A stretch of DNA of 64,000 bases from positions 1,747 to 65,746 of the forward strand of contig CAZNXM010000004.1 of NCBI GenBank assembly GCA_964577145.1, written 5' to 3'. The stretch is from an uncultured Candidatus Poseidoniales archaeon (GTDB lineage: Archaea > Thermoplasmatota > Poseidoniia > Poseidoniales > Poseidoniaceae). The stretch's first letter is position 1, and each line of letters begins with the position of its first letter. The position numbers were made by a program, and so were the translations under genes. The notes below the pieces were generated by a model. That model was not told the DNA's origin and ran no database searches. It saw only the letters and a program-made list of their open reading frames with translations. Of the stretch, positions 45,775 to 54,821 are shown piece after piece.

Positions 45775-48084
45775 TTGGTGACAATGGTGTCTGGGACTCG
45801 TATTCGTTCAATTCATCAGAGGAGGATCCTCGATTGGTTAGCGGACGGAGGAGGCACTGTTTCAGAAGTTTCTAATGCACTATCGATGCGAATGCCACAT
45901 GCTTCAGCCGCATTGAAAAAGTTGAGGGAATCGGGCGACGTCGTACGTGACGACCTAAATATTCGAGGCTCGAGATTGCGTCTTTCATCACAAGGCCTGG
46001 CTAGACTTGAGTCCGATGGACTCGATCGTCTAGAGGCGTCAGTTCGCTGGCCCCCACCTCCCGGAGCGGCCGGAATTGTTCTTGCGAGAGATGGCTCTAT
46101 GCTGTTACTTGGTTATGCATCAAAGCCTCAAGGACCCTTGATTGGGCTCCCAGATAGACCAATGGACGATGATTCTGGAGTGGTCGAAAATTCCAATGGA
46201 AACAAAGGGGGCGGGGAGTATTGGCGTTGGGGCGTCATCAGAGGAGATGGCCCTGTTTGGTGGGATTTAGAAAATGGACGCCGTGCAGAAGCTCCCGAAG
46301 ACACCTCTCCCTTGACCTTGGCAGCGTGGATGGAGCGACCAAAAATAATGGGTGTTGTCAGAGTTCGTCTCTTAGATGATACGAGAGAATGGCCCTTAGG
46401 TGTAGGAAGTTGGTTCTCTTCTCTACCTCAAGGAATTTGGCCAGACTTACCTCAGCAATTATGCGATGGCGATGTAGCATTTGGCCGAGCGGGTAATTCC
46501 GGTCCTTTAGTAAGGCCGAGGGATGGAGTTCATGCATTATTGGGCAAAAGAGATGATCAAGCTCTCGTGTTAAGAGCGGTAGCAAAAGGTGCATTGTGTA
46601 TTGCAGATTTCGATTTGCTTGGGCGTGAAGGTGCCCCTATAGCATTTGCAATTCTCAAGTATTGGCTTCGAGAAGTCCATCCCCGCCTTTCTAATGAGAC
46701 AATTTCAGAGAGAATGGCCAAGATAAAGTCAGACCTCATCGAGGGAATATCTACAGCGTCAACTCGTCGTTTATTAGCCGACTTCCCCGGCAGAGAATGG
46801 GCCGAAGAAGGTGTAATGGATACACGTTCACTCTCACTAAGAGCAGCACGCGCAATGTTGGCTTATGCTCTAGAGTCATCCAATCAACCGATTGTTGTCC
46901 ATTGGCGCTGGCCTATTGAACGAGGTGTATTGGACCAACTCGTATCAGATAGCCGTTGCCGAATGGTAATCTGTGAGGGGACTGCACTTGAATTGCCAAT
47001 GCGCTTGACATCGATGGGGGTCCATGGAAAGTTCAACCTAGAATTACCAGATAGAGTACAGATTCCAGTAAGTCTTGATGGAGATCTCTCTAGTGAGATG
47101 CCAGAGAATTGGGAAATGCCTGCAAATCCATCCGAAATAGTGCGAGGGGATTTGACCCCTCCGAGAAGTAAACCCCTCAATCAAAGAGAAGCGATGTGGG
47201 TTGCTTGCAACCTTACTTCAGATGGTAATGATACTTGGGCTGACATGGTAGAGGAGGAATATCCGCTTGCTGCATGGATTGCTACTTCACCTGAACAGAG
47301 AGGTTCGAGATGGAGGCGTATTTCCAAAAAGATTGATTCGATTTGGGCTAGCCTTGCAAATCTAGAATCTTTTGATATTGAACAATTATGTGATTTAGCT
47401 CTTGATAATACTGATGCATATGAATCACTTGTGGAGCGAGTTCGCTCTAGTCCGATGATAATGCTTGATCAAGTACACCTCATTCCTCATCCTGCAATGG
47501 CTAGTGCGTTATTATCTTCTACACATTGGCTTTCAGCATCCACAATGGAGTCAGTAGATGTTGCTTGTTCAGCATTTCTTGAAGACCCCATTGATATCGA
47601 TGGAGTAATGATGGCATGTTGGGATTCAGAACTCAAAGAGAAGGTTGCTTTAGCATGCCCTCATCACCATGCGCTTTCAGTTGGAGTACAAGACAGAGAT
47701 GCGATTATGGGAATAATTACTGCTGTTAATCATTCACTATGGAAAGAGAATGCTCTGGAATGGGTCCGCTTATTTCTCTCTTCATCTCAAGGAAGAACGA
47801 TGCTAAGCGAACTGGAGATACCATGGGCTGTATTATTATGTGATTCTGTACTATTGAGCGAGGACCTGAAATTAACTCATCACATGAAGAGTGGGCCTGG
47901 TCACGACTCATTGCTGGATGTACTCGATGCATTAGATGCTAGAGAAAGAGGAATTGCACCACCAAAAGGTAGAACTCATCCAATGGTGGGTTGGCTATTC
48001 CAAACAACTGTACCTCATGTCCCAATTCATTGTGAAGGCAACATGGAGATACACATTGCTCTACACCGACGCCTTCATGCATGA
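45775..48084 (+). CDS. Large (769 aa) hypothetical protein with N-terminal winged-helix DNA-binding-like domain
   Basis: N-terminal RRILDWLADGGGTVSEVSNALSMRMPHASAALKKLRESGDVVRD (MarR/ArsR-like wHTH). The remaining ~650 aa carry no recognisable motif. Confidence 0.55.
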   Translation: MVTMVSGTRIRSIHQRRILDWLADGGGTVSEVSNALSMRMPHASAALKKLRESGDVVRDDLNIRGSRLRLSSQGLARLESDGLDRLEASVRWPPPPGAAGIVLARDGSMLLLGYASKPQGPLIGLPDRPMDDDSGVVENSNGNKGGGEYWRWGVIRGDGPVWWDLENGRRAEAPEDTSPLTLAAWMERPKIMGVVRVRLLDDTREWPLGVGSWFSSLPQGIWPDLPQQLCDGDVAFGRAGNSGPLVRPRDGVHALLGKRDDQALVLRAVAKGALCIADFDLLGREGAPIAFAILKYWLREVHPRLSNETISERMAKIKSDLIEGISTASTRRLLADFPGREWAEEGVMDTRSLSLRAARAMLAYALESSNQPIVVHWRWPIERGVLDQLVSDSRCRMVICEGTALELPMRLTSMGVHGKFNLELPDRVQIPVSLDGDLSSEMPENWEMPANPSEIVRGDLTPPRSKPLNQREAMWVACNLTSDGNDTWADMVEEEYPLAAWIATSPEQRGSRWRRISKKIDSIWASLANLESFDIEQLCDLALDNTDAYESLVERVRSSPMIMLDQVHLIPHPAMASALLSSTHWLSASTMESVDVACSAFLEDPIDIDGVMMACWDSELKEKVALACPHHHALSVGVQDRDAIMGIITAVNHSLWKENALEWVRLFLSSSQGRTMLSELEIPWAVLLCDSVLLSEDLKLTHHMKSGPGHDSLLDVLDALDARERGIAPPKGRTHPMVGWLFQTTVPHVPIHCEGNMEIHIALHRRLHA

Positions 48085-48410
48085 GAGGCCGGTCGCGTAG
48101 TTTGGCTGCACATGCAACATCGGCTGGAGGGCGTGCTGCCCGATGAAAGCCGATACCAATGATGCGGCCATGTGCCATCGACGAAGACCAGGGTGACCTT
48201 CGGGTATGACCTCTGATGCAAACCGATGGACTATGTGGTCGGTAATGGGTCCTCGCCGGACGAAAGGATGAGTGTGAGACAACCAATCGGCCGCACAGAC
48301 GCCCTGACCCTGGGTCAAGCCTCCGAGGAGACGATGATAGGGGCTGTTACGGGTCGGGGCACAGCTTCTCTAACAATACCTTCAACTGTTGTCGAAGTAC
48401 AGTATACTAC

Positions 48411-49397
48411 ATGGTGAGGTTAGGGCGTTGCCTAGTCGGCGGTACTTTTGACCGATTTCATGCCGGCCATATCGCACTATTAGAAGCGGCTCTTGCCGAA
48501 GCCGAACTTGTTGAAGTTTGGATCGCAGGAGATGAAATGTCTGCAAGTAAATCTCCATTGATACAGTCTTTCGATGAGCGAAGAGGAGCAATTCTCGATT
48601 GGTGTGGTGAGAGAATTTCAACTCATGAACTCAAAGATGAATTGGGACCTGCACCACATAGAGCAGATTGCGATTCGATAATCTGCACACCTGAAACATT
48701 ACCCAATTGCAATTCAATAAATGAAAAGAGATTACATGCAGGCCTAATTCCTTTGGAAATCATTGAGGCCGAACATGTTCTAGATGAAACTGGAAGTATT
48801 ATCTCTAGTACAAGAATTCGAGCTGGGATAATCGATAGGGATGGAAAGGCGTGGTTGGCCAATAAGGATAGAGAAGTTACTCATTATTTCCAACCAGCAC
48901 TCGATTCTGAATTGAAAGAAGCGATGGGAGATTTGCATCTTGGCCCAGAGAATGCACCTGAAGTGGCAATGTCGTCGGCGATTGAAGATTTGACTTTTGG
49001 AATACTGGTGTCTGTAGGAGACGTATGTACCGCTACATTGCTCGATATGGACATCATTCCTGACATCGCTTTAGTTGATGGATTCACAAAGAGAACCGAA
49101 TTGGAAGATAAAGTGGACCTTTCACCATTCGATGTTCTAATCGATGCGAATAATCCGCCGGGACAAATTACCCCTTCTCTAATTGATTCTATCGAAGCAG
49201 CATTGCACAATGACCAAACCACATGTATTGAAGTGTCAGGAGAGGAAGACCTTGCTCCAATCATTATTCACCTTCTCGCACCACTTGGAACTAATGTAGT
49301 ATATGGGCAACCCGGAAAAGGGGTGGTCATACGTCATACCGATAATCAAGCTAAGCAGGAATGCCGTTCGATACTTGATCGCTTTGAGGTGAGATAA
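48411..49397 (+). CDS. coaD: Bifunctional CoA-biosynthesis fusion: archaeal phosphopantetheine adenylyltransferase + DUF359 (GTP-dependent dephospho-CoA kinase-like) domain
   Basis: N-terminal cytidylyltransferase/PPAT motif VGGTFDRFHAGHIALL. C-terminal ~170 aa with DUF359-like motifs VSVGDVCT, ALVDGFTKR, VSGEEDLAPIIIH, VVYGQPGKGVV. Confidence 0.65.
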   Translation: MVRLGRCLVGGTFDRFHAGHIALLEAALAEAELVEVWIAGDEMSASKSPLIQSFDERRGAILDWCGERISTHELKDELGPAPHRADCDSIICTPETLPNCNSINEKRLHAGLIPLEIIEAEHVLDETGSIISSTRIRAGIIDRDGKAWLANKDREVTHYFQPALDSELKEAMGDLHLGPENAPEVAMSSAIEDLTFGILVSVGDVCTATLLDMDIIPDIALVDGFTKRTELEDKVDLSPFDVLIDANNPPGQITPSLIDSIEAALHNDQTTCIEVSGEEDLAPIIIHLLAPLGTNVVYGQPGKGVVIRHTDNQAKQECRSILDRFEVR

Positions 49398-50431
49398 TGA
49401 CTCTAGTTTCAATCACCGTTTGCGTCAGAAATAGCAATGATTGGATTGATGATTGTATGGAATCATTGGTTAACCAAACCCACCGTCCACTAGAGATTAT
49501 TATTGTCGATGATGGTTCAAATGATGGTTCAACAGAGAAGGTAAAAAAATGGGGAGAGGAAGAATTTGTTACTGCAATTACTCAGAAAGCATTGGGGTTA
49601 TCTGCAGGTAGAATGGCTGCACTTGAAGTAGCGCGTGGAGAATGGGTTGCAATTACCGACATCGATGTTCGGCCCGAACCGGATTGGATTGAACAATTAC
49701 TCTTGGCTTCCCCTTCACAAGAGGAAGAAGAGGTCGTTGCAGTAACTGGTAGAACTGTATTCGGTCAGTCAAATGATGTGGTCTCAATTATCAGATCGAT
49801 TGAAATCCAAGCAAAATATCGTTCTAGGCCCAGAAGAACAAGTCTCGCAAATGGTCCATGTTCAATGTTCAACAGGGAGAAATTACTCGAGGTAGGGGGA
49901 TTTAATCCAACTTGGTATCATGCTGAAGACATGGAGGTATCTTTGAAGTTAATAGCTGAAGGAGGGGTAATCATCTATGCTCCTGACGCTGTTGTCAACC
50001 ATATTCCTGAAACCGGGCTCACTCGATTCCTTAGCAAGAGAAAAAGAGATTCAAGAGCTCACGTCAGGATTGTACGAAATTATTCAGCGCGTAATCGAAG
50101 AGGTTTAGGTTTTGATTTCATAGGTTCCTCGTGGATTATTCTCGCACTATTACCAGCATGTCTCTCAATGATTGCTGGCTTTGTATTATTATTGAAAGAT
50201 GGATACGATTTCGGCAATATGAAAAATGAGTTTATCACATTTGGTGAACCCGTTTGGCTATTATTGCCAATTCTGATTTGGTTGATTCTCTCCTTGCGTA
50301 CAACATTATTCATTGCGGCTAAAAAGAGCCCGCTCAAAGCCCCATTGATATTCATAGCGTGGTCGTTAGCACTATGGCTAGGAATCATTCTTGGTTACCT
50401 TGACGCCCTATTCGGGCGTAATGGGCACTGA
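49397..50431 (+). CDS. Family 2 glycosyltransferase with C-terminal membrane helices
   Basis: GT2 motifs VSITVCVRN...EIIIVDDGSNDGS and a DxD region. Its start overlaps the upstream stop (TAATG). Confidence 0.8.
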   Translation: MTLVSITVCVRNSNDWIDDCMESLVNQTHRPLEIIIVDDGSNDGSTEKVKKWGEEEFVTAITQKALGLSAGRMAALEVARGEWVAITDIDVRPEPDWIEQLLLASPSQEEEEVVAVTGRTVFGQSNDVVSIIRSIEIQAKYRSRPRRTSLANGPCSMFNREKLLEVGGFNPTWYHAEDMEVSLKLIAEGGVIIYAPDAVVNHIPETGLTRFLSKRKRDSRAHVRIVRNYSARNRRGLGFDFIGSSWIILALLPACLSMIAGFVLLLKDGYDFGNMKNEFITFGEPVWLLLPILIWLILSLRTTLFIAAKKSPLKAPLIFIAWSLALWLGIILGYLDALFGRNGH

Positions 50432-50995
50432 TCATTCCTCGGTTTCAGTTTCAACTAGCATCCTCATGACAAGTCCACTAGCAATCAAAGCCACACATAC
50501 CGAATATACTCCGGGGTCAATCCAATTCGTGAATAGTATTCCACGGATGATGTAGAAAATCAAGCCGATGGTAATCAACCATCCACCAATAGGTGTTGCC
50601 AATCCTTTGTCGAAGGAAAAGAGGGAAAGGACGAATCCGACTTCATGCTCAAAAGTAGATTTCAAATGCTCTTCCATTGTACCATCGCCAATCTGTGTTC
50701 GCATACCTAAGAATAATGCAGCACAACAAATTGCCATGAAAACAATGTCACCCAAAACAATCGAGAAACCATCAGCAACATCAAATGCAGCGTTGGTCAT
50801 CTCAAAGGTGAGTAGGCCACCCCAAGAGATTCTATGGTGAGGGTGAACAATTCCAAGGCAGTTCATGACTGCGAGGAAAAGTCCCCAAATTCCTAACGCA
50901 ACATACCAGTCAGCAAGTCCCTTTGAAGGGAGTATGAAGGTCTCGAGAAGGCTGCGCTCTCCATTCTCATTGCTGTTGCTCATGGCGACTGCCAC
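50432..50995 (-). CDS. Hypothetical polytopic membrane protein
   Basis: 187 aa with 4-5 TM helices. Confidence 0.5.
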   Translation of the reverse strand: MAVAMSNSNENGERSLLETFILPSKGLADWYVALGIWGLFLAVMNCLGIVHPHHRISWGGLLTFEMTNAAFDVADGFSIVLGDIVFMAICCAALFLGMRTQIGDGTMEEHLKSTFEHEVGFVLSLFSFDKGLATPIGGWLITIGLIFYIIRGILFTNWIDPGVYSVCVALIASGLVMRMLVETETEE

Positions 50996-51021
50996 CTTGG
51001 TCGCGGTTATGAGTGTTTAGG

Positions 51022-51040
51022 AGAGCCCCTACGGGGCTTT
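51022..51040 (-). terminator. GC-rich hairpin (agagcccc-tac-ggggcttt) immediately downstream of the orc1/cdc6 stop
   Basis: Inverted repeat with a tac centre starting 2 nt after the stop. It belongs to the recurring hairpin family. Confidence 0.4.
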
Positions 51041-51041
51041 C

Positions 51042-52283
51042 TCAAAGGCGGCTTTGGTGCCGGAACCTATTTGCAAAGATTTCCGAGAATACTGGTTCGG
51101 CCTTTGCCATCACATCGATTGGGTCGATGTTATTGGGGATACAGGAATTAATCTCCTTGGATCTACCATGCCTTCCTCTTGAAATTACTTTAGCTGTAAT
51201 TAAGCCTAGCATGTCGAGATTATTGATAATGCCAGAGATTCTTCTTGCAGTTAGGAATTGCTGGCCAACTAAATTGCAAGCCTGTTTGTAAATGTGATAA
51301 ACTTCACCAGTCTGAATATTGCGAAGTCCATTACTCTCATTGATGAGAACAGATGCAAGAACCATCTTCTGTTGTGTGGGAAGAGTACGAATCACTGGTG
51401 TAACTTGGTCGGATTCAATTTGAGCCTGAGCAATCCTAACATGTTGTTGCTCTACAATGCCAACACCTTCTTGCTCAGCCTTTTCGGTAGAAACACGAAG
51501 TAAATCAAGTGCGCAACGGGCATCTCCGTTTTCTTGTGCTGCAAGTGCAGCGCACAATTCTATGACACCGTCTCCAATCGCATCTGGAGTGATTGCATTT
51601 TGTGCCCTTCCTCTAAGAATATCTTGAAGTTGCTCAGCATTATATGGATTGAATATGATATCTTCCTGGCCAAGCCTACTTCTTACTCGTGGATCGAGGA
51701 AGTCAGTAAATTTGAGATCGTTTGAGATGCCGATAACACATGCCCTAGCATTTTTTAATTCAGCATTCAAGTTTGTCAAATTGTAAAGAAGGTCATCTCC
51801 AGCCTTCTTTACAAGGTGGTCGATTTCGTCAAGTACGATGACATAAACTCCCCCGCGTTCATCCATCCGTCTCACTAATTCTGAAAACACCCGGTCAGTT
51901 GGCCAGCCAGTAAATGGGATATCAGCCTCTTCATGAGCTTCAAGAAGTGTGTTTCCAAGATGGGATAATACTCGGTATTGAGTATCGATTTGTCGGCAGT
52001 TAACCAAAACTGGATGAACAACTCTTCCAATTTGTTCACCCTTTCGCAGGAGTTGGTCACAAACATATCTGGTGACAGCGGTTTTACCGGCTCCGGTCAC
52101 GCCGTAGAGAATCATATTCGAAGGAATGTGGCCCTTAAGGGCCTCGACTAAATTGAAACTTAAAGTCTCAACTTCTGCATCACGATGAGGCAGTCTTTCA
52201 GGGGTGTGAGTGTGGCGCAGTGTCTCCTTTTGGATGAAAAGCGTCCTTTGTGTGAGAATGCCATCGAAAATATTTGACGACAT
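51042..52283 (-). CDS. orc1: Orc1/Cdc6 replication initiator (AAA+ with C-terminal winged helix)
   Basis: Walker A LYGVTGAGKTAVTRYV, Walker B VIVLDEIDHL, sensor regions, and a C-terminal wH domain. RBS GAGGAG upstream. Confidence 0.9.
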   Translation of the reverse strand: MSSNIFDGILTQRTLFIQKETLRHTHTPERLPHRDAEVETLSFNLVEALKGHIPSNMILYGVTGAGKTAVTRYVCDQLLRKGEQIGRVVHPVLVNCRQIDTQYRVLSHLGNTLLEAHEEADIPFTGWPTDRVFSELVRRMDERGGVYVIVLDEIDHLVKKAGDDLLYNLTNLNAELKNARACVIGISNDLKFTDFLDPRVRSRLGQEDIIFNPYNAEQLQDILRGRAQNAITPDAIGDGVIELCAALAAQENGDARCALDLLRVSTEKAEQEGVGIVEQQHVRIAQAQIESDQVTPVIRTLPTQQKMVLASVLINESNGLRNIQTGEVYHIYKQACNLVGQQFLTARRISGIINNLDMLGLITAKVISRGRHGRSKEINSCIPNNIDPIDVMAKAEPVFSEIFANRFRHQSRL

Positions 52284-52694
52284 TTTATTACACTTCTCCT
52301 CATATCATTCAAGGTTGTCCGGCTGGCAGACACAATGCATGATGACTTACGTGAGTCCGAGTCCGCCATATAAATTTGTTTGCTGATGAAGAATTAAAGT
52401 GAGGAATAGCCGACTTATTCAACTTCAATTGGAGTTCATAAAGGGGAGGGCGTTTTCAGCATGATTATTGAAAAAAACAGCATACTGTCGGTCTGAATCC
52501 GGAAACTTTTCCGTAGGGAACTTTTTTTCCAAAGCGATAGAGCTGTCAAATCCGACTCTCTATTTGGAAAGCCAAAGTCAATTCGAAAACAATCGTAACA
52601 AGCTAAGATCAAATTTTGTATATAACCTCCAATTGGAGAATTCAAGATTAAGTGTGAAAATTACACTCCCGTGAGTTATTTTTTGATGTTATTA
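52284..52694. promoter_or_regulatory. Candidate replication origin (oriC) upstream of orc1/cdc6
   Basis: A 411-bp non-coding region with AT-rich tracts. A perfect 12-bp palindrome CTCCAATTGGAG at 52627-52638 and a near-copy CTTCAATTGGAG at 52423-52434 bracket the AT-rich core. An inverted repeat tttccaaa...tttggaaa lies at 52527-52572. Confidence 0.4.
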
Positions 52695-53462
52695 TTATAT
52701 CAAACCTATAGAATTCGGCAATAACTCTAACGTCATTTCATCATTTCCGTGAATGACATTGGATGGGAAATCTGGCACCTGCGTGGTGATAATTTCATAA
52801 TCAGCGTCAATAAATGTATGAGTTATTAATATCGTAGTATCTTGGTTTTCATTTGCAAGTTTCTTGATATCATCTGGTTTATGGTGGTGCTCAGTGGGTA
52901 CCCATTGCGGAACTCCCATTTCTACAATAGCAAGATCAACACTACCAACTCGACTCCACAATTCTTCACAAGGGCCACTATCTCCAGAGTGGAGAAGAGA
53001 AATTCCGTTTTCGTGTTCGAGCCTCCAACCATGCGGGTCTACTTCAGGGTCATGAAGAACTTCAAATCGCTCAAAAGACCAATTTTCAACTTTTGGAATA
53101 TCAACCCATTTTATTGATTCCAGAATTGAATCGAGTGAGCCAGGATATGCAAGATGGCAAAGATGCACGAGCCGTTCTTTGACTCCAGAAGAACCTGCTA
53201 CTGTAAGTGGTCTAAGGCCATCTCTATCTGAAATGTATTTCCGTTCTAACAAGATAAATGGAAATCCAAACACATGGTCTCCATGAACATGAGTGATTAG
53301 AATAGTATCGATATCTGCTACCGAAATACCTGCTCTCCGAAGGCTTGCTAAGCATGTTGGAGGTGCATCTATTATCATGTGACGGTCAATACAAGTGAAA
53401 GAGTGATGGCGTCCTGAAGGCAAGAATGCATTACCGCTCCCGAGTAATTCGACCTTCACCAT
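52695..53462 (-). CDS. Metallo-beta-lactamase-fold hydrolase (possibly RNase Z-like)
   Basis: Motif II ILITHVHGDHVFG and an N-terminal LLGSGNAF-type strand. The ORF extends to 53588. Confidence 0.7.
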   Translation of the reverse strand: MVKVELLGSGNAFLPSGRHHSFTCIDRHMIIDAPPTCLASLRRAGISVADIDTILITHVHGDHVFGFPFILLERKYISDRDGLRPLTVAGSSGVKERLVHLCHLAYPGSLDSILESIKWVDIPKVENWSFERFEVLHDPEVDPHGWRLEHENGISLLHSGDSGPCEELWSRVGSVDLAIVEMGVPQWVPTEHHHKPDDIKKLANENQDTTILITHTFIDADYEIITTQVPDFPSNVIHGNDEMTLELLPNSIGLI

Positions 53463-53551
53463 GGAGGGGGTGACGCCCTTCGGGCCTAAGACATCATCGC
53501 ACCAACATTCATGAACAGTAGTCCGGTGGGCTGGTTCATTCGGTGGTTGCA

Positions 53552-54814
53552 ATGTCGAAATGGAGTGCAAAGAGCCCTTACCAATCAAAGGTTACTGAGT
53601 GCTATGTTCTCAATGGACCAGGTTCCAAAAAGGAAACCTGCCATATCGTATTCGATTTGGGTGATTCCGGCATGGATTACAAAGTAGGTGACGCATTAGG
53701 TGTGCTTGCAGAAAATCCACCTCATACCGTCGATGAATTAATTGAAGTCACTGGTTGGGATAGTAAACAAATTGTGAGCACGCATAATGGTGAGCGCACT
53801 CTTCGCGACGCATTAAAGATGGATTTTGAAATTCATCGCGTTAACAAGAAATTCGTAAATTCACTTGTTCAAAAGGTGACTTCAACAGGTATGCGAATCA
53901 CAGTTTCACTAGTGGAACGCTATCGTGAGGCTGTGGCTGGAGGTGGCTCTGAATGGATGGGAGGAGATTCATCTCTTGTCGTAGAACCTAACCCTTCTAT
54001 TCCGGGCGATGACCCTGTGGCAAAGGTCGCTAATCTCGTCTCTGATGGCGATGCAATGGAGGACTATATCTGGTCACGTGATTATATCGATGTGATTAGG
54101 GATTTTGATGTTCAGTATGATGCAGAAGAATTCCTTGAACTAATTGACAAATTAAAGCCACGCCTCTATTCTATTGCTTCAAGCCACGATGCCCATCCTG
54201 GTTTGGTTGAGTTGACAGTTGGAATCGTTCGATATTCTCATCACGATAGAGATAGAGGTGGTTTGTGTACTGTTTACTTAGCTGACGAAGTTGAAATTGG
54301 GAAAACCGATGTTGGTGTATTCATGAGCCCTACCAAGTCTTTCGTTTTGCCAGAAGACAAATCTACTGATATTATCATGGTTGGTCCGGGAACAGGAATC
54401 GCACCTTTCCGTGCTTTCATGGAACAGCGTGTCTTTGATGGCGGGGATGGAAAGAATTGGTTATTCTTTGGCGATCAATCTGAGAAAACAGAATTTTACT
54501 ACAAGGATTCGATTGAGGGTTGGCTCGATGAAGGTCACCTCTACCGATTTACCACTGCTTGGTCAAGAGATCAGGAAGAGAAAATCTATGTTCAACACAG
54601 ACTCAAAGAGTATGGTGCTGAGGTTTGGGAATGGTTTGAGAGAGGAGCATATTTCTACATCTGCGGCGATAAGAAATACATGGCAAAGGATGTACATCGA
54701 GCCCTAATCGAAATCGCAATAGAGCACGGTGGAATGTCAGAAGAAGATGCAACCTTCTTCATCGAGAAAACGATGATGAGGGAGCAAAAGCGCTACTTGC
54801 GCGATGTGTACTGA
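53552..54814 (+). CDS. FAD/NAD(P)-binding flavoprotein reductase of the ferredoxin-NADP reductase family (CysJ C-terminal-domain-like), without flavodoxin domain
   Basis: RLYSIASS FAD motif, GPGTGIAPFRAF NADPH motif, YICGDKKYMAKDV. The N-terminal region aligns with the CysJ connecting domain. Confidence 0.75.
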   Translation: MSKWSAKSPYQSKVTECYVLNGPGSKKETCHIVFDLGDSGMDYKVGDALGVLAENPPHTVDELIEVTGWDSKQIVSTHNGERTLRDALKMDFEIHRVNKKFVNSLVQKVTSTGMRITVSLVERYREAVAGGGSEWMGGDSSLVVEPNPSIPGDDPVAKVANLVSDGDAMEDYIWSRDYIDVIRDFDVQYDAEEFLELIDKLKPRLYSIASSHDAHPGLVELTVGIVRYSHHDRDRGGLCTVYLADEVEIGKTDVGVFMSPTKSFVLPEDKSTDIIMVGPGTGIAPFRAFMEQRVFDGGDGKNWLFFGDQSEKTEFYYKDSIEGWLDEGHLYRFTTAWSRDQEEKIYVQHRLKEYGAEVWEWFERGAYFYICGDKKYMAKDVHRALIEIAIEHGGMSEEDATFFIEKTMMREQKRYLRDVY

Positions 54815-54821
54815 TACTGGA

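Noticed and set aside
48226-48417. 63 aa ORF in the GC-rich spacer as a small protein gene
   Set aside because: There is no RBS and the Gly/Thr/Ser-rich composition looks like translation of GC-rich non-coding DNA. The region is kept as a candidate ncRNA instead.
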